Of a DNA stretch of 64,000 bases, positions 26,316 to 41,689 are shown one piece after another. The DNA comes from Octopus vulgaris (taxonomy: Eukaryota), in NCBI GenBank assembly GCA_951406725.2, contig OX597819.1, forward strand, positions 105,338,001-105,402,000, in the 5' to 3' direction. Position numbers and translations under genes: made by a program. The stretch's first letter is position 1. Each line of letters opens with the position of its first letter. Below the pieces are notes generated by a model that was not told the DNA's origin, ran no database searches, and was given only the letters and a program-made list of their open reading frames with translations.

Positions 26316-26792
26316 ATTAACATCAGCAATATTACTAATAGCAACAACACAAAGAGAATAAACGTCAGGTTTACGTGGAACTAGAGACTTGTTGAAATGA
26401 TACGGATTCTCAGTGAAAGGAGAACACGGGATTAGAGAACACGTGATTATTGATAGTATTGCATATCTATATTATCTTTGACTACCTGCCACACACTCTC
26501 ATCCACTCACCCCTCTCTCTCTCTCTCGCTCTCCCTCACTCTCTTTCATAAGTTCGACCACTCTTCCAATTTTTCGCTGTTATTCTCCTTTATCTCTTTT
26601 CTTTGTCTCGATGTTTTTTACGCGTCTATTTTCTCTTTTATATTTTTATTTTTAATCCTTCTTTCCAATTGGAATTGCGCATCCATTTGCGAAAAAAGCA
26701 AAAAAAAAAAGGCCTCCCTTCCCCACCAATAACTTTTATCCATGCATGTGTGTTTGCCTGTATGTGACACACAAAGAAAGTGTTACATACAA

Positions 26793-26852
<60 letters not shown>

Positions 26853-27148
26853 CATACATAGTATGTACATATATATATATATGTACATACACACAAACAC
26901 ATACGTGTGTGTTTCTCATTTAAATACATGTGTTCCTTCACGAGTGTATACGTGTTTGTGCGCAAAATATTATACAAAAATGGAGAACATAGAAAATATT
27001 CAATAGATGACGTCATCTATTTTATGATTTGGAAACTGGAAAACTTTCATTTATCATCATTCCGAGTTTTATCTTTCCGACCTTTCGTTCGATGTAAGGA
27101 AACGGTAAATCGGAGTAATGCTTAGTGAAGCCCTCACACGCACGTGCG

Positions 27149-27230
<82 letters not shown>

Positions 27231-27231
<1 letters not shown>

Positions 27232-28400
27232 ACGAGGATTATGTTGCATAATTTTATTATTAAATATTACAGGTCGTTCAAATTGCATATGTTAGACTAA
27301 TTCTTCCGGTATAGAAAAATACTACCCAACAGATTCTCCATCACAAACGATGCATTTGCGCCATTGTCGAACCCATCTCTCGAGACTTCTTTGAAATTGT
27401 TGCACCCTCTTCACAATCATTCTCACCTTGTCTGTTTCATCAATTCGTTGTCTCCGAAGACTGTTCTTCATTGGACCAAAACAAGTGGAAGTCGGACAGC
27501 TCCAGATCCACGATGAACCGTGGATGGGTGGGTATTGGTGGGGACAATGATCATACCAGTTTGCTGATTGCCTGATTTGTAACCAAAGATATGTTTGACC
27601 ACGCAATGTGAAATCGTTTCCCGATTCATTTTCAATCTTTTCCTCTTAATGGCTTCTCTAAGATGTTTACAGTACATCCACGTTCTCGAAAATCAAAGAG
27701 AAACGGCACTCGTGTTATCCTGCAAAACGACTTTCTGTGCTGATCGCTGGCTTTTGAACTTCTTACGTTTGGAGAAGAGATGTGAAGCCATTCAGAAGAT
27801 TCGGCTTTGTCTCCGAATTATAAAGATATACTCACGTTTCATTCCTTGTCACCAGATCGGGAAATTAAGCATCTTTATTGGCTTCAAGCGCATCCAACAG
27901 ATTAGAGCAGACTTTTACTTTTTTCTCCTTCAAATCTGTTGTCAATTGCCGAAGTACCACTTTGCATACACTTTCCGATATCCGACATCTCCTACTATCT
28001 TCTGTAATAAATAAGGATCGTAGTCAGTTGTGCAGCAAGCTCATGGATTGTGATTCGTCTGTCCTCGCAAATCATTTTGTCCACCCGTTGATGAATCATA
28101 TCAGTGGTAACAGCTTATGATCTCCCAATGTGTGGTTTGTTTTCAACGGTGATTTCCTTCTCTTTAAACTTCTTCATTCATTTGTGCTCATTGCTTTTGT
28201 CAAAGGTGTTATCTCCATAAACATTATGTAACCAATACTGGATGTCGGAGAAAGTACTCTATACCTTCATCAAAAGTCAATGACAGCTCGTTACTTCTGC
28301 TTGGAACCCATTATTTTTCTGAAATTTAAAAGAAAAGGAGGAAGAGTTACTGTAGAGAAAGAGTTACTCTACCGACATATGTACTTTGAATGGCCTATGT
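27231..28400 (-). mobile_element. Degenerate mariner (DD34D-type) DNA transposon
   Basis: Peptides HLREAIKRKR and WVRQWRKCIVCDGE, decayed HPPYSPDLAPSDFHLF-like segment near 27480-27530; tacgagg at the left end and a degenerate tttgaatggcctatgt at the right end. Confidence 0.75.
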
Positions 28401-28687
28401 CACTTAATAAAAAAAAGTTATGTCTATTTTAGTATTACTTTTCGTGTAAAAACGGAAGATCACTCAATGAAGCAGAGTGTACATTTAAGAGGAAACTTAG
28501 TGGTTCTGTATAAATAGGAATAAGTAATGAGATGGGTTTCATCGACAAAAGTCTTGAAAACGTTAGTCGATCAAATCGACCCCAATAGTTATATTTTAAG
28601 CTTGGTGCTTGACCCATTGACCCATCAGTCTCTTTTTTGAAAAAAGCATTTTATATATATATATATATGTTATATATATATATATAT

Positions 28688-31600
28688 CTAGGACAACAAC
28701 AAGAACAAAATACAACCACGTTTCCCCTCCTACAATCAAACTACGTAGACAGAACCAGGAAAAAACACCAAATAACGCCAACTTGAAATATGTATCCTCT
28801 GACCAAGTGGCAAACCAAACAAGTAACTCTTTTTTACTGACATACCTGGAAAATATGAAGGCCGACCTAAGCCAGGAGATCCAGCGAGCCATCACCAACC
28901 ATCTATGCAAATCACAAGGACCACTCACCCATTACCAACTTCCCTTACCTCGACATTCCTGTTAAATGTACGTGGCATCAACCCATCAATTATTGCCCAA
29001 AAATGGAAGATCCCATATATAGAGAGTTGGCTTGCCGAAATGGCACATTGCTTCCCTTTCTTTATCCTTACCGAGACTCACCTGAACAACACCCATATGG
29101 ACGCAGAGGTGAAAATAAAAGATTTCACCATTGTTCGTGCAGATCGCACAGACCGAAATAAGGGAGGGACAGCCATCTTTATCCATGACTCCTTTTCACT
29201 TGATGCCAAGGACACATTTTCCAATGGCTACTGTGAATCGGTATCAGTATACAACAAAGCCAAGGACATAACCATTGTTGGTATTTACAGGCCTCCCCAG
29301 GCACCTCTAAAGTACTTTGAAGAGTGCCTTAGCAAAGTCAAGTCCTTCCTTCGGAAGTACCACTCCGGAAACATAATAGTGATGGGTGATTTTAACCTCC
29401 CTCATGTGAACTGGCCCACAAATACTCCGAAGTTAGGCAAGTGCTCTACATCAGATAGGGCAGCAGCAGAACTGCTCTTTAATCTGATGGATGAGTATTT
29501 CCTGACTCAGCTAGTGCTTGAACCAACGAGACAGAATAAAACGATCTTGGATCTGGTACTGACCAATCACTCTAGCTACGTTCACAGCATTTCAGTCGAA
29601 AAAACTCTCCTCTCAGACCACGACATGGTACTCTGCAATCTTAATTCCCGACGTATAAAAACCAAACCAGCCAATCCCACTCCATGGCACCCATTTGACA
29701 ACATAAATTTCCACAAAGCGGACTGGGGAACAATCAGAAAGGATCTGTCTTCCATCGACTGGTCTTTTACTCTCAATTCCCCTCATATTGAGACCGCGTG
29801 GCAGCACTTTGAAACCATTGTCACTGACACATGCTCTAAACACGCTCCCAAGAAATCTACTAACACAAACAGAAACCGGCTCCCTAAAAAGAAAAAAACA
29901 CTCATCAGGCGCATCAAAAGACTCAACAAAAAAATCAACCAATTAAAATATTCCCACACGCAACATCCACATTCAACAACAATGAAAAGACTAGAGCTGG
30001 AAAAACTTCATCTGCAGACTAACATGAAAACCTCCATTGAAAATCAAAGAGCTGTGGAGGAACAATGGGTAATCAAAAACATCAAACAGAACCCAAAAGT
30101 GTTCTATTCTTATGCAAATAAGCATAGAACCACTGTCTCACCTATTGGGCCATTGATTGATGAAAACGGCATTCCCCAACACGATGCTAAAGAAATGGCA
30201 GAAATACTGCAGAAACAATATTGCTCTGTCTTCAGTGTTCCCACTGATATTGATGTGAGGGAAACGAACGAAGCTGACTCCCAACACAAAATCGCAGACA
30301 TAACCTTCACTGCCACCGACATCGTGGCAGCAATAAATGAGGTCAAACATTACTCCGCTGTAGGCCCTGATAGATTTCCCGCCAGTCTCCTGAAGGAATG
30401 TAGATATCAACTTGCAGTCCCTCTGACCAACCTCTGGAGAAACTCATTAGACGCAGGTTATATACCGAATAAGTTTCTATCCCAGTCGGTCATCCCGGTT
30501 TTCAAACAGGGAAACAGATCCCTCGCAGTCAACTATCGCCCAATCTCACTCACCTCCCACATCATTAAAGTGTTTGAAAGAGTGTTAAGATCAAGGATAG
30601 CTGACTTCCTGGAGACCCACAAACTCCTAAATTCAAATCAACATGGCTTTCGCTGTGGCAGGGACTGTCTAACACAGCTCTTACACCACATTGAAGATGT
30701 ACTCAAAGCCTTGGGAACAGGTTCGAACTCTGACGTCATATACCTTGACTTCAGTAAAGCGTTCGACAGGGTAGACCATAACATCCTACTCTCAAAATTG
30801 GCAAATGTTGGAATCCGTGGAAAAGTTCTACACTGGATTCAGTATTTCCTAGCGAATAGAACACAACATGTTGTAGTTGATGGAGTCCACTCAAACCCAG
30901 CAAAAGTCACCAGCGGTGTTCCCCAGGGAACTGTTTTGGGTCCGCTACTCTTCATAATTTATGTAAACGACCTTTCCAGTGTCGTACATCACTGCAAAGT
31001 GAAAATATTCGCTGATGACACTAAGCTCCAGCAAATCGTCAATGAAGAAGCAGACCGAACTCAACTCCAGTCTGACCTATATGCTGTGAGTCAATGGGCA
31101 GACAGAAACAAAATGCAACTGAATGAGGGAAAATTTGAGCTGATGCATTTTGGAAGAAATTCCTCACTAAAACAACCATACTCTCTTCCTTCAGGGGAAC
31201 CGCTCACAGCCTCTAACAATATCAGAGACCTGGGTGTAATTGTTGATGACGATCTCAGTTGGAGTGCACACATCAACAAGAAGGTCGATACAGCTCGTAG
31301 GATGAGTTCCTGGATCTTAAGAACTTTCCGGTCCAGAGAACAAGGTGTCATCATACCACTTTTTCATCCTTTGTACGGCCACACCTTGAATACTGCTGCC
31401 CACTGTGGTCTCCTCACACAAGACAAAACATCTCCAGAATTGAGTCACCCCAGAGGGCTCTCACTAAACAAATTGAAGGCATGGCTGCTCTCGACTATTG
31501 GGATCGCCTTAAAGCCTTGAAACTTTACTCCCTCCAGCGTCGCCGTGAGTGGTACATCATTTGTACGATGTGGAAAATATACCGCCAACTTTGCCCAAAC

Positions 31601-31975
31601 GACCTAAACATTAGCTTCAAGGTTCATCCGAGACTTGGACCACGGGCTATACGTCCCCTGCCAAATTCAAGATCACAACATACATGTACACTGCAACATA
31701 ATTTCTTTTCCTCAACAGGCCCTGCCCTATTTAACATTGTCCCGAGGGAGATCAAAGAGGAAAAGGATCCCATCAACTTCAAACAGAGTCTGGATGGATT
31801 CCTTCAAAGAATACCAGACAAGCCACCCATAATTGGATACAACTCACCCAACAAGAACTCACTACTTGAACAAAACTTGACTTAAACAGGATTCGAATAA
31901 TCCTATCAGGTGGTGCTATTAAGTTAGACATGGCCTGGACCAATCTCTGGTCGAAACATATCTAAGTTTTATCTA

Positions 31976-31980
<5 letters not shown>
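28688..31980 (+). mobile_element. 5'-truncated CR1-clade LINE inserted in (TA)n
   Basis: Tail of ORF1, APE-RT ORF2, short 3' UTR ending in tandem atctaagtttt atctaagttt; (TA)n on both sides. Confidence 0.92.
28905..31885 (+). pseudogene. CR1 ORF2 (AP endonuclease + RT) with a single frameshift at T run 31360-31364
   Basis: LLNVRG, TETHL, GIYRPP, GDFN, LDLVLTN, SDH, GPD, NYRPISL, QHGFR, YLDFSKAFD, GVPQGTVLGP, FADDTK, RDLGV; adding one T restores SFVRPHLEYCCPLWSP and joins to LYSLQRRRE in ORF 31481..31885. Confidence 0.92.
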
Positions 31981-32046
<66 letters not shown>

Positions 32047-32208
32047 TATGTGTCCCACAGGCAGCTTTCGACTCTATCCAAAAAGGCTTGCTTTAACGCA
32101 ATATTTACATGCTATTATCTAAAATTTCGAATTCATTGTCCTCACCAAATAATTATATATATACATACATACATACATACATACATACATACATACATAC
32201 ATACAAAC

Positions 32209-32286
<78 letters not shown>

Positions 32287-32734
32287 ATACGCACATACAC
32301 ATGCATATATGCATGTATGTGTGCGTGTGTGCGATCTATTTCTTTATTTTGAGAATGAGGTTTGAGACGAAATTTTGAATGTAAGATAAACGAACATTTG
32401 TTTTATTTTTCTTTAAATGTACATTACAACGGCTTCTTCGGTTTAGTCAATTTTTACAATGCTTCATACAGATTTTCCGAAACAAAAACAAATTACACAT
32501 ATATCTTTGCTGGGAAAAGCACGAGAAAAAAATATTCACGAATGACGTCTGAACGTCTATGAGCGAAAAGAACTGGATTCACCCCTTCCCTCCCAAACGG
32601 CAGGAATTCAAGGTTGACTCTGCTAAGTCTAATCGCTTCTCTTGTTAACACAACATTCAGAAGCCTGTAAAAGGGAACCTTTTCACTAGGTGCTCAACGA
32701 GACTGAACCATTCCGGTGTAACAACTCCAAAGTA

Positions 32735-32883
32735 TAACCCGGCTCCTCAGACAATACCAAGGGTTAAAGTGAGCCCGTCTGTTTAATATCCAGAGATATA
32801 ACCTAGACTTGTCTAGAATATACCCCAAAGGTATAAAATAGGCCAGCTCACTTTAACACTGGGTATAGTTTGGCGTGGGGTTA
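32735..32883. repeat. Imperfect ~150-bp palindrome, MITE-like
   Basis: ataccaagggttaaagtgagc pairs with gctcactttaacactgggtat; ends taaccc/gggtta; centre tagac-tt-gtcta. Confidence 0.65.
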
Positions 32884-33312
32884 AGGTGGGTTGCTGTATC
32901 GAGCACTTCTTTTATGCGATAGGTGATTCACATCAATCTGGAAAACTTTTTCAACTCTTCTGTTTCTTTTTGAAAATGGCTTTAACCTGAAATACTAAAC
33001 GTTAGATAAAAGAATATTTTCAAATATGTTAGTGAATTTTTTCCATCATTAGTCATGTTTTTAGTGATAGCCTTATTTCGTGTTGTGTTTTAAATGAGCG
33101 AGTGAATCAGGCACATGCGGTCTTCTCGTCTTGTTTCTGTGTTTCTGGACAAGCAGCTGTCGCCATGCGTCAAAAGAACGAGAACTAATCACTGAAGTGA
33201 CTGACTCGTGTATATTTGTATAAATGTCTATATTTGTATATTTGCAGTTTAGCTATTGGTCCATCCATATTTTCGAGTCAAGGAGGAAGGCACTCACACA
33301 CACACACACACA

Positions 33313-33343
<31 letters not shown>

Positions 33344-33969
33344 TGGCAGCACATGTGAAAGCCACGCTGTTTTTCTGTTAGTAAGTCTTTTCGATATTCC
33401 TTCTATTTTCCCAACTTCGTTTGTTTTTCGAAGGAAACTGAACACCCGCGAAAATACTTGTTTTGGCTTCACGCTTTGAACACGGAATGGGTTATATGCT
33501 CTTTCCAAAATTCTATTTCATAATATCTAGTTTAATTTGGCGACACGGCTAAATCATTTTCAATCAAAGAAATAGTGAGTACAGGAAAAGATGTTCCAAA
33601 AATTACTCCTACCTCGTCGTCAGCAAATCAGCTGCCATTCCTGTTTAGAAAGGCATGTGTCTCGACTGTTGCTGAAACCAAGTCTAAAGAGATACGCCCC
33701 TGGGACTACAAAGTGTCAACATGGACACAACGTTAATGATAATAACAACAAAAACAACCACGGCACCAAACTAGCCCAGTCATGCACGATAAAAAAACAG
33801 AAAAAAATAGAAACAAAAAACAACAAAAAAACAAAAACAGAAAAAATAATACAATAACAGCAGCATCGACTGTAGTAGCCAGAACGGCAACATTATTAAA
33901 TCATCGGTTACCACAATCTCGAAATCAAGCCCGTCGTTTGTTAGTGTAATGCAGACATAGATTGATTTA

Positions 33970-35465
33970 GAATTGGTGCACAACATGGCGTTCACTATGA
34001 GTCACCAGTATTACTTAGCCAGAAGACGGAGGCGAACCATCACCTGTAAATGCATTAACAAGAAAACCAGGTGGGTTGATGACTCAACACCAGAACAAGA
34101 AGTGGAATGCTTGAAGGACAAGCGGGAATCAGTATGGTATGAGAGAATAGGAAGACAATATAAAAAATTAGATATACTTTGCATCAACGAAGACAAAACT
34201 ACAAGAATATCCACAAATGCTTGCTCTTTCGCAGATTATACACATCTGCTCTCGTATTTAGGGAAACGTGTAAATAAAGCGACACTAGATAAAATTCCAC
34301 CTAAAATAAATCTTAATTATCTTAGAATGACTGGAGAAGTGCGGTGAGATTGTTAATTTGAAAACGACCCCACGTTAAAAGCAGCCCGACATAAAGCTAG
34401 ATGTACAGATGCTGTTTGCTCAAGAAAAGTTACTGAAGATTCTTGAACTTATTCACCTGAAGAATAGGGATCTCGTAAAAGTTGTGGTAGAAAGCAGGAG
34501 AGGCAGGCGTTACTTTTGTGAAAGCAATGACGGCATTCTGTTCTCTGGAAAAAAAGACTAAGAGCCTTTTACTGACTACGTCACAGTCGTAACATAAACA
34601 ACTTCAACACCATCTTCAAGAACCGCTGAGAAATAAGACCCAGAATGCACACATACGCAAAAATAAACATCTTTAATCTTTCCCACTCTAAATAATCGCC
34701 TAATGACGAAGGAGAATCTATCGAGTAGCGATTAGAAAAGGCATCGTGACAACGAGCTAGAGGCAAGAATGGCTCTCGACCATTTCTTTTTCAACGCGAA
34801 ACAAGAAGGCTGCATCGTCAGAATTAGACCTCGTGAGCCACAACAAGAAGGAACAAAAGCCGTTCGACGGGTAAAGGCGACGGAGGTGCAACGGGGTAAT
34901 AAAGCGACAGTTCAGTGAAATCACCAGCATAGCCATCTTACGAGAACGTCCACCTCATGCGATACTTCATAGAGAGATCGAGAAACTAATCTAACGTTCG
35001 TGGGGCCCTGATCAATTTGGATCAGTCGAAAGCTTTCGATACGGTCGATCATCTCTACCTGGCAGCAGTTCTAAAAGCGGTCGGTTTCTGATCAGTTTTC
35101 AGAGGTTGGATCGCAGCAATGCACAGTGACTTTTGTTCAGCGATCAAAGTGAACGGTCACTTCTCAGAACTATCTCATATCACGCGCTCGATCCGTTAGG
35201 AGTGTTCTCTCTCGTCTCTTTTATACATATTGGCTCACGAGCCATTAGTGCAGCTGATAGAACTCTTGTGGGGGCATTCCCTTCGAACTGGTATGCAGGA
35301 GAGCTGTCTCTGTGTATACGGACAACATCGCTGTAATGGTGTCGGACGGCACAGAAGAGAAAGTATCAGCCCCATTCTAAAGGAATACAAGGCAATGGCA
35401 AGAGCAAAGATATATCTGGACAAGTTGAAGGGCTTGCGGTTCACCACCTTTAGAAGCAAGCCTAT
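33970..35465 (+). pseudogene. Degenerate, internally deleted Tx1-type LINE related to 9902-16069
   Basis: 34950-35460 aligns to 14010-14525 (ctgatcaatttggatcagtcgaaagctttcgat = LINLDQSKAFD; gggcttgcgg...agaagcaagcc). Left boundary approximate. Confidence 0.75.
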
Positions 35466-35728
35466 ATTAGAAACAATTATCATTATTATAGCCAAAATCG
35501 ACCTCAAATGCCGCCGGCACTAACTTTGTTTTTCGACCTTTCGGGGTCGAAAAACTAAGCACCAGTTGAGCACTGGAGTTTATGTAATCGATTAACCCCT
35601 TTCCCTCAAAATTTTCAGAAATCATCATCATCATCATTATCATCATCATTGTCCTCTCCTCCTCTTGAACCTCCTCCTCCTCCTCCTCCTCCTCCTCCTC
35701 CTCATCCTCCTCATCATGATCATGATCA

Positions 35729-35796
<68 letters not shown>

Positions 35797-37062
35797 CTCT
35801 GAATCCAGATCCCATTGGCGCATTAAGGCAGTATCGAAGGTGATTTTCATCTTGCGATATCATTAATTAACGCAAAAAAGTGGCGTGCAAAAACAAAAAC
35901 AAAAAAAAATGTTTGGACCTACATCATTGAATGGTCGCTACTGAAAGTAGTTCCAAAAAATAGTCACGCTTACGAATCAAAAGACTCTGCTGTGGATCAG
36001 AAAGGAATACTTCAATATGCTTTAGAACTGGGGAAAAAAAATCCAAAAAAATCAATGGAACATTTATTTCTATCACCACACGGACTTCAGCAAACAAAAT
36101 GATCCTCAATGATATTGCTGTACAATTTAGACTATCCGAAAGGTTAAGTTTATGGAACATGTCATTAGGACAGCAATTTTCTCTGGGGGCATGAAAGAAG
36201 AGGATGCAATTTTCACCAGGTGCATAAAAGAACAGGATGCAACTATATAAAGAATTTCAATCCTACTCATGTGGATTTTAGGAGACATCAGTTGCCATTT
36301 CAATTACAAATACCAAGAGTAAACATTGAAATTTGCTGAACCGCATCTTGAGGAGACCTGCTTTGCACGTGTTCTATTTTATGTAGGAAACTCATGTATT
36401 GGCTTTTCCCCTCATAGTTTGCTCGTAATCTCTTTTATGCACTTGAGGATACACAATGTCCAGAATTGCTTTGGCATCGATGGTTACAAAGGTAATATAT
36501 ACCCTAGGGCTCATTATAATTCTTAATATAATTTATAGCTGCATACACTGGAGTTCCAATATCTAAATACGATATTTTCTTCTCGTATTCTAGTTTCCAA
36601 AAGTTATAAAAATAATTTTATTTCCCTACACAGTTTTCCAAACAATATTTGAGGTTTTACTAATCTTTCAAAATATTTTAAAAATTAGAAAAAAATATTT
36701 AAGAATAAAAGATAATATGTCACGTTCAGAAATAGTTTTAAATATAATAAAACTGTTTTCACCTTTACTTATTCCCGAGTTTTTCATTAATATATTTGAA
36801 ATGGGTGTATGTCATTTACACTTAAAACACGAAACATAGTCATAATGGTGAGGTAGCACAGTGCATGAGACACCAGCCGGTTTTAAACGTATTGGAAAAC
36901 AACTTCATTTCTTATATCAAAGATAAATTTTCAACATAGGCGCAAAGGTGTTCTGTTAAAGTGAATTTCCTTCCATTAAGAAAAATTCTGGGATATTTAT
37001 GACCATTTTCTCGCTTGGAAAACGTTAGAAATCCCGCTTTTATACATATACATTCATAAGCA

Positions 37063-37183
<121 letters not shown>

Positions 37184-37472
37184 GTATATATGTATATGTA
37201 AATGTATATATATAAATATATATATGTGCGTGTGTGTGTGCGTGTGTGTGGGTGCGTGTGTGCGTGTGTGTGTATGTAGATATATAGCCTAATCTATGGT
37301 TGATTTGTTTTGTTGAGTACTTTTGGGATCATGCAGATCAGATTAGATCAGCTACATTGTATTGTATTTAACAGTGGTCTATCGAATGAATACCCTATCT
37401 CTCTCTCTTTCTCTCTCTACCTCTCTCTATCTCCTTCTCTCTCTTTCTCTCTATTTCTCTCTCTCTCCCCCC

Positions 37473-37503
<31 letters not shown>

Positions 37504-37548
37504 CATAAACACATATATACATACATAATACATACATACGTACGTAAT

Positions 37549-37623
<75 letters not shown>

Positions 37624-37750
37624 TACGAGTGAGCAGACAAACGAAAGAAGGGCGCTCAACACATTTATTGAGAGTTACATGTACGGATCAATCAGTTTGA
37701 TTCAGATCACTTGGTACTTTAGGTTTCAAGCGGGATGCTTCAGTCATTGG

Positions 37751-37808
<58 letters not shown>

Positions 37809-38161
37809 TGTATATAGTTTACAGACATACAAGTATATACACTTAAGATCAAGCAAATATTGTAATTCATATTTATTTAAAAGATATTTATATTTTTTAA
37901 GAAATACACCAGTGTCAGGTCATGTTACTACTAGTTTAAAAATGCTTCAACACTACGCAGTTTAACTGGGATCATGTTGATAAAACTTTGGTGACTCGTA
38001 CATTTGGATCAGTCAACTTGTGTTTATAACTATAAACCTATTGTTTAATTCGAAATAGAGGAAAATAGTTGTGATCAAGGTCAAAAGGGTTTCTGCCCAT
38101 TGATTGTCAGTTTTGGTGAAAGAGTTTGATAACAGATCTTGATCATATATATATATATATA

Positions 38162-38174
<13 letters not shown>

Positions 38175-38194
<20 letters not shown>

Positions 38195-38418
38195 CTGTGT
38201 TTGAGTGTCCGTGCTTGTCCCTCAACATCGTTTGACAACCGAAGCTGGTGTGTTTACGTCCCCGTTACTTAGCGGTTCGGCAAAAGAGACCGATAGAATA
38301 AGTACTAGGTTTACAAAGAATAAGTCCTGGGGTCGATTTGCTCGACTAAAGGCGGTGCTCCAGCATGGCCACAGTCAAATGACTGAAACAAGTAAAAGAA
38401 TAAAAGAATAAAAGAAAT
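38175..38418 (+). mobile_element. SINE family A 3' half
   Basis: Near identical to 54010-54220. Confidence 0.88.
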
Positions 38419-38599
38419 AGTGTCTCAGTTGGTAGCCAAGGCCTTTGTGGTTAATTATCAGCGTAAAAAAAAAGCTGAATTAGTGCACTAATCAAAGTGT
38501 ACCCCTAAACAGATCAAGGGTGGCAAATAAAAGGAAGCTGGTACAACTATCGTAATTGATGGTGGTAACCTAAACCACTTGAAATCGTTCAAATCATTG

Positions 38600-39100
38600 G
38601 AAATCACAGTTTCTTCATTGCCTGCATAGGCTACGAGAATGTCAACTGAATTTCGAAAGCGACAGAAACCTCTAGAAAGTTCCGCCATCGTCTTTGGAAT
38701 GAAAAGGGAAGATTCCTCAAAACCAAAATCAGAATGTATCTACCTCTGTATTCACATTTTTCCAGTTAGAATCATAAATACCTTATCGGAACTATGTTAA
38801 TGAACTTGAAATTTTTCGCAAACGCTGTCCGCGTTCGATATGCGGACACGCCATGTAGGACAAAATATCCACTTCTGATCTCACTAAACGTTGAATAAAG
38901 AGAACTCAATTAATTTTGGTTCAATCACAATTCAGATAAGCTGGTCATGCCACCAGAATGGCAGACAACAGGATACATAAAATTCTCAGGTATAGCTAGT
39001 TTCATAATGGTGTACTAAACGAGGGCAAGCCATGGTTGCGAACCAAAGACTAATTTAAGTACAATTTGATAGCTGTCACCCTTCTCCATAAAAAATTTCG
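38600..39100 (+). pseudogene. Degenerate RTE-clade LINE C-terminal remnant
   Basis: RISKATETSRKFRHRLWNEKGRFLKTKIRMY, LEIFRKRCPRSICG, QFR*AGHATRMADNRI resemble the RTE motifs RIxKAxxAF..TKIxVY, FHxRCLR, RWAGHVxRM. Confidence 0.7.
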
Positions 39101-39511
39101 AGATAAACCATTTAAGTCATCTGAGAGAATTTAGAACGAATACAAAATGTAGATCTAATATATCATTCACGTTCGCTGGCAAAATCGTCAAATTGCAACT
39201 GCGTGTGTGTCTTACAAGTGACATAAAAACTGAATCTTGATTAACCCATCAAACCGTTAGGACATCATGCATAAAAAAACGACGAGCATGTATGCATACA
39301 TGCATACATACATACATACATACATACATACATACATACATGCATACATACATACATAGATACATACATACATACATGCATACATACATACATAGTGCGT
39401 ACATACATATATATACGTATATATACATACATACACGCACACACCCAGACATACACACATACACACATACACATATATGCATAAACACAGACACACATTA
39501 AACATGCGTGC

Positions 39512-39565
<54 letters not shown>

Positions 39566-39733
39566 TTTAAAATAGTTATAAATATTAAATAAAACAATAG
39601 AAGGCAAAATATCCATTGTTTGAGAAGCTTTTAATAACGCTGAAGAATTCATCTTATCAGTATTTGTTAGATTATCACGTAGAATATAACATAATATAAT
39701 ATAACACACACACCATATATATACATACATCGT

Positions 39734-39799
<66 letters not shown>

Positions 39800-39802
<3 letters not shown>

Positions 39803-40179
39803 TTTACTTGTTTCAGTCATTTGACTGCGGCCATGCTGGAGCACCGCCTTTAGTCGAGCAAATCGACCCCGGGACTTATTCTTTGTAAGCCCAGTACTTA
39901 TTCTATCGGTCTCTTTTGCCGAACCGCTAAGTAACGGGGACGTAAACACACCCCCATCGGTTGTCAAGCAATGCTAAGGGGACAAACACAGACACACAAA
40001 CACACACATACATATACATATATACACATATATACGACAGGCTTCTTTCAGTTTCCGTCTACCAAATCCACTCACAAGGCTTTGGTCAGCCTGTGGCTAT
40101 TGTAGGTGCCACGCAGTGGGATTGAACCCGGAACCATGCGGTTGGTAAACAAGCTACTTACCACACAGCCACTTCTGCG

Positions 40180-40180
<1 letters not shown>
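39800..40180 (-). mobile_element. SINE family A, near full length
   Basis: Reverse complement of 53801-54220 including the tRNA-like head. Confidence 0.9.
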
Positions 40181-40230
<50 letters not shown>

Positions 40231-40321
40231 TAATATACACGCAAACATACACATGCATACAATATATAAATATTTCAATTTAGCTTTTTTATGCCAAAGC
40301 AAGAAACGCCTAGCGTTTTAA

Positions 40322-40431
<110 letters not shown>

Positions 40432-40917
40432 GCATATTTACAGAATGAGAAGCTTAATGCACGTGTAGAGTGTAATCTTATATAATTGGAACTGACTTCG
40501 AAGTTTAAATAGGTTCATGGTTTATTCAAAAATGCAATATCAAAGACCATGTATATATGTATGTATGCATGCATGCATGTATATATGTATGTTACGTATT
40601 TGCATATATGTCTGTATGTACATATATATATATACATATGTATACATTATATAAATATATATATGTACACGCACATATACATACATATATATATATGTAT
40701 ATAACACATACACACACACCTGAACATATAAAAATTGTATATTACTGTTTGACATAGATAAAAAATATTGAAAACGAGGCTTATAATATATACACACCTG
40801 CATGCATGCATACATACATACATACATACATACATACATAAAAACATACATATCTTTCTGTGTATATTATATATATATATATACATACATATATATATGT
40901 ATATTTATACATTTATG

Positions 40918-40967
<50 letters not shown>

Positions 40968-41035
40968 ATATATATATAAATACATATATAGATCCGTATA
41001 TTTATACGTTTATATATGTAAATATGTATGGATGT

Positions 41036-41081
<46 letters not shown>

Positions 41082-41134
41082 TTATCTATTTAAAGACAAA
41101 TGTACACATACATTAAAGTATACATGCAAACACA

Positions 41135-41179
<45 letters not shown>

Positions 41180-41658
41180 ACAAACACATATATGCACCCC
41201 CACAAAGACATGCGTCTGGATGTAAATGTAGTATATAAAAAAATATATCACCTACCTGGGCTAAAAGCTGCCATCCTTCTCATACTGCAATATATATATT
41301 GTTCCAATAGAGTCCTGCAAATATTCTATTATTATTTTCTGTAATTTTTTTTATGTTAATGCCGTAAATATTTCTTTATGGATAATTTTACCAAAATTTC
41401 AGTGGATGAAACCTTTAATATATATATATATATATTCTCTTGAGAAACTGAATTCGGTTATGTGAGATTTGTAAAAGGCAGAAAACGGGTGGTAATTTGT
41501 ATGAAACATAGAATGAGGAAGTTTCAAGCAAAGTTATGTTTTTCAAGTTTAATTTAATGAAATAATTAAATAATGCTAGGTAGGGATTTTAATCACATTA
41601 ATTGGGAGGACAGATTATTGGTGATAGAGAATCAGTCGCAAAGATAGATGGAGATTGG

Positions 41659-41689
<31 letters not shown>

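Noticed and set aside
35880-36530. Possible Tc1-like remnant on minus strand
   Set aside because: Only faint motif resemblance.
39608-39664. Possible decayed HHR on minus strand (AAUA-CUGAUAA...CAAA-CAAUG-GA-UAUU) between (TA)n tracts
   Set aside because: Three core mismatches; not counted.
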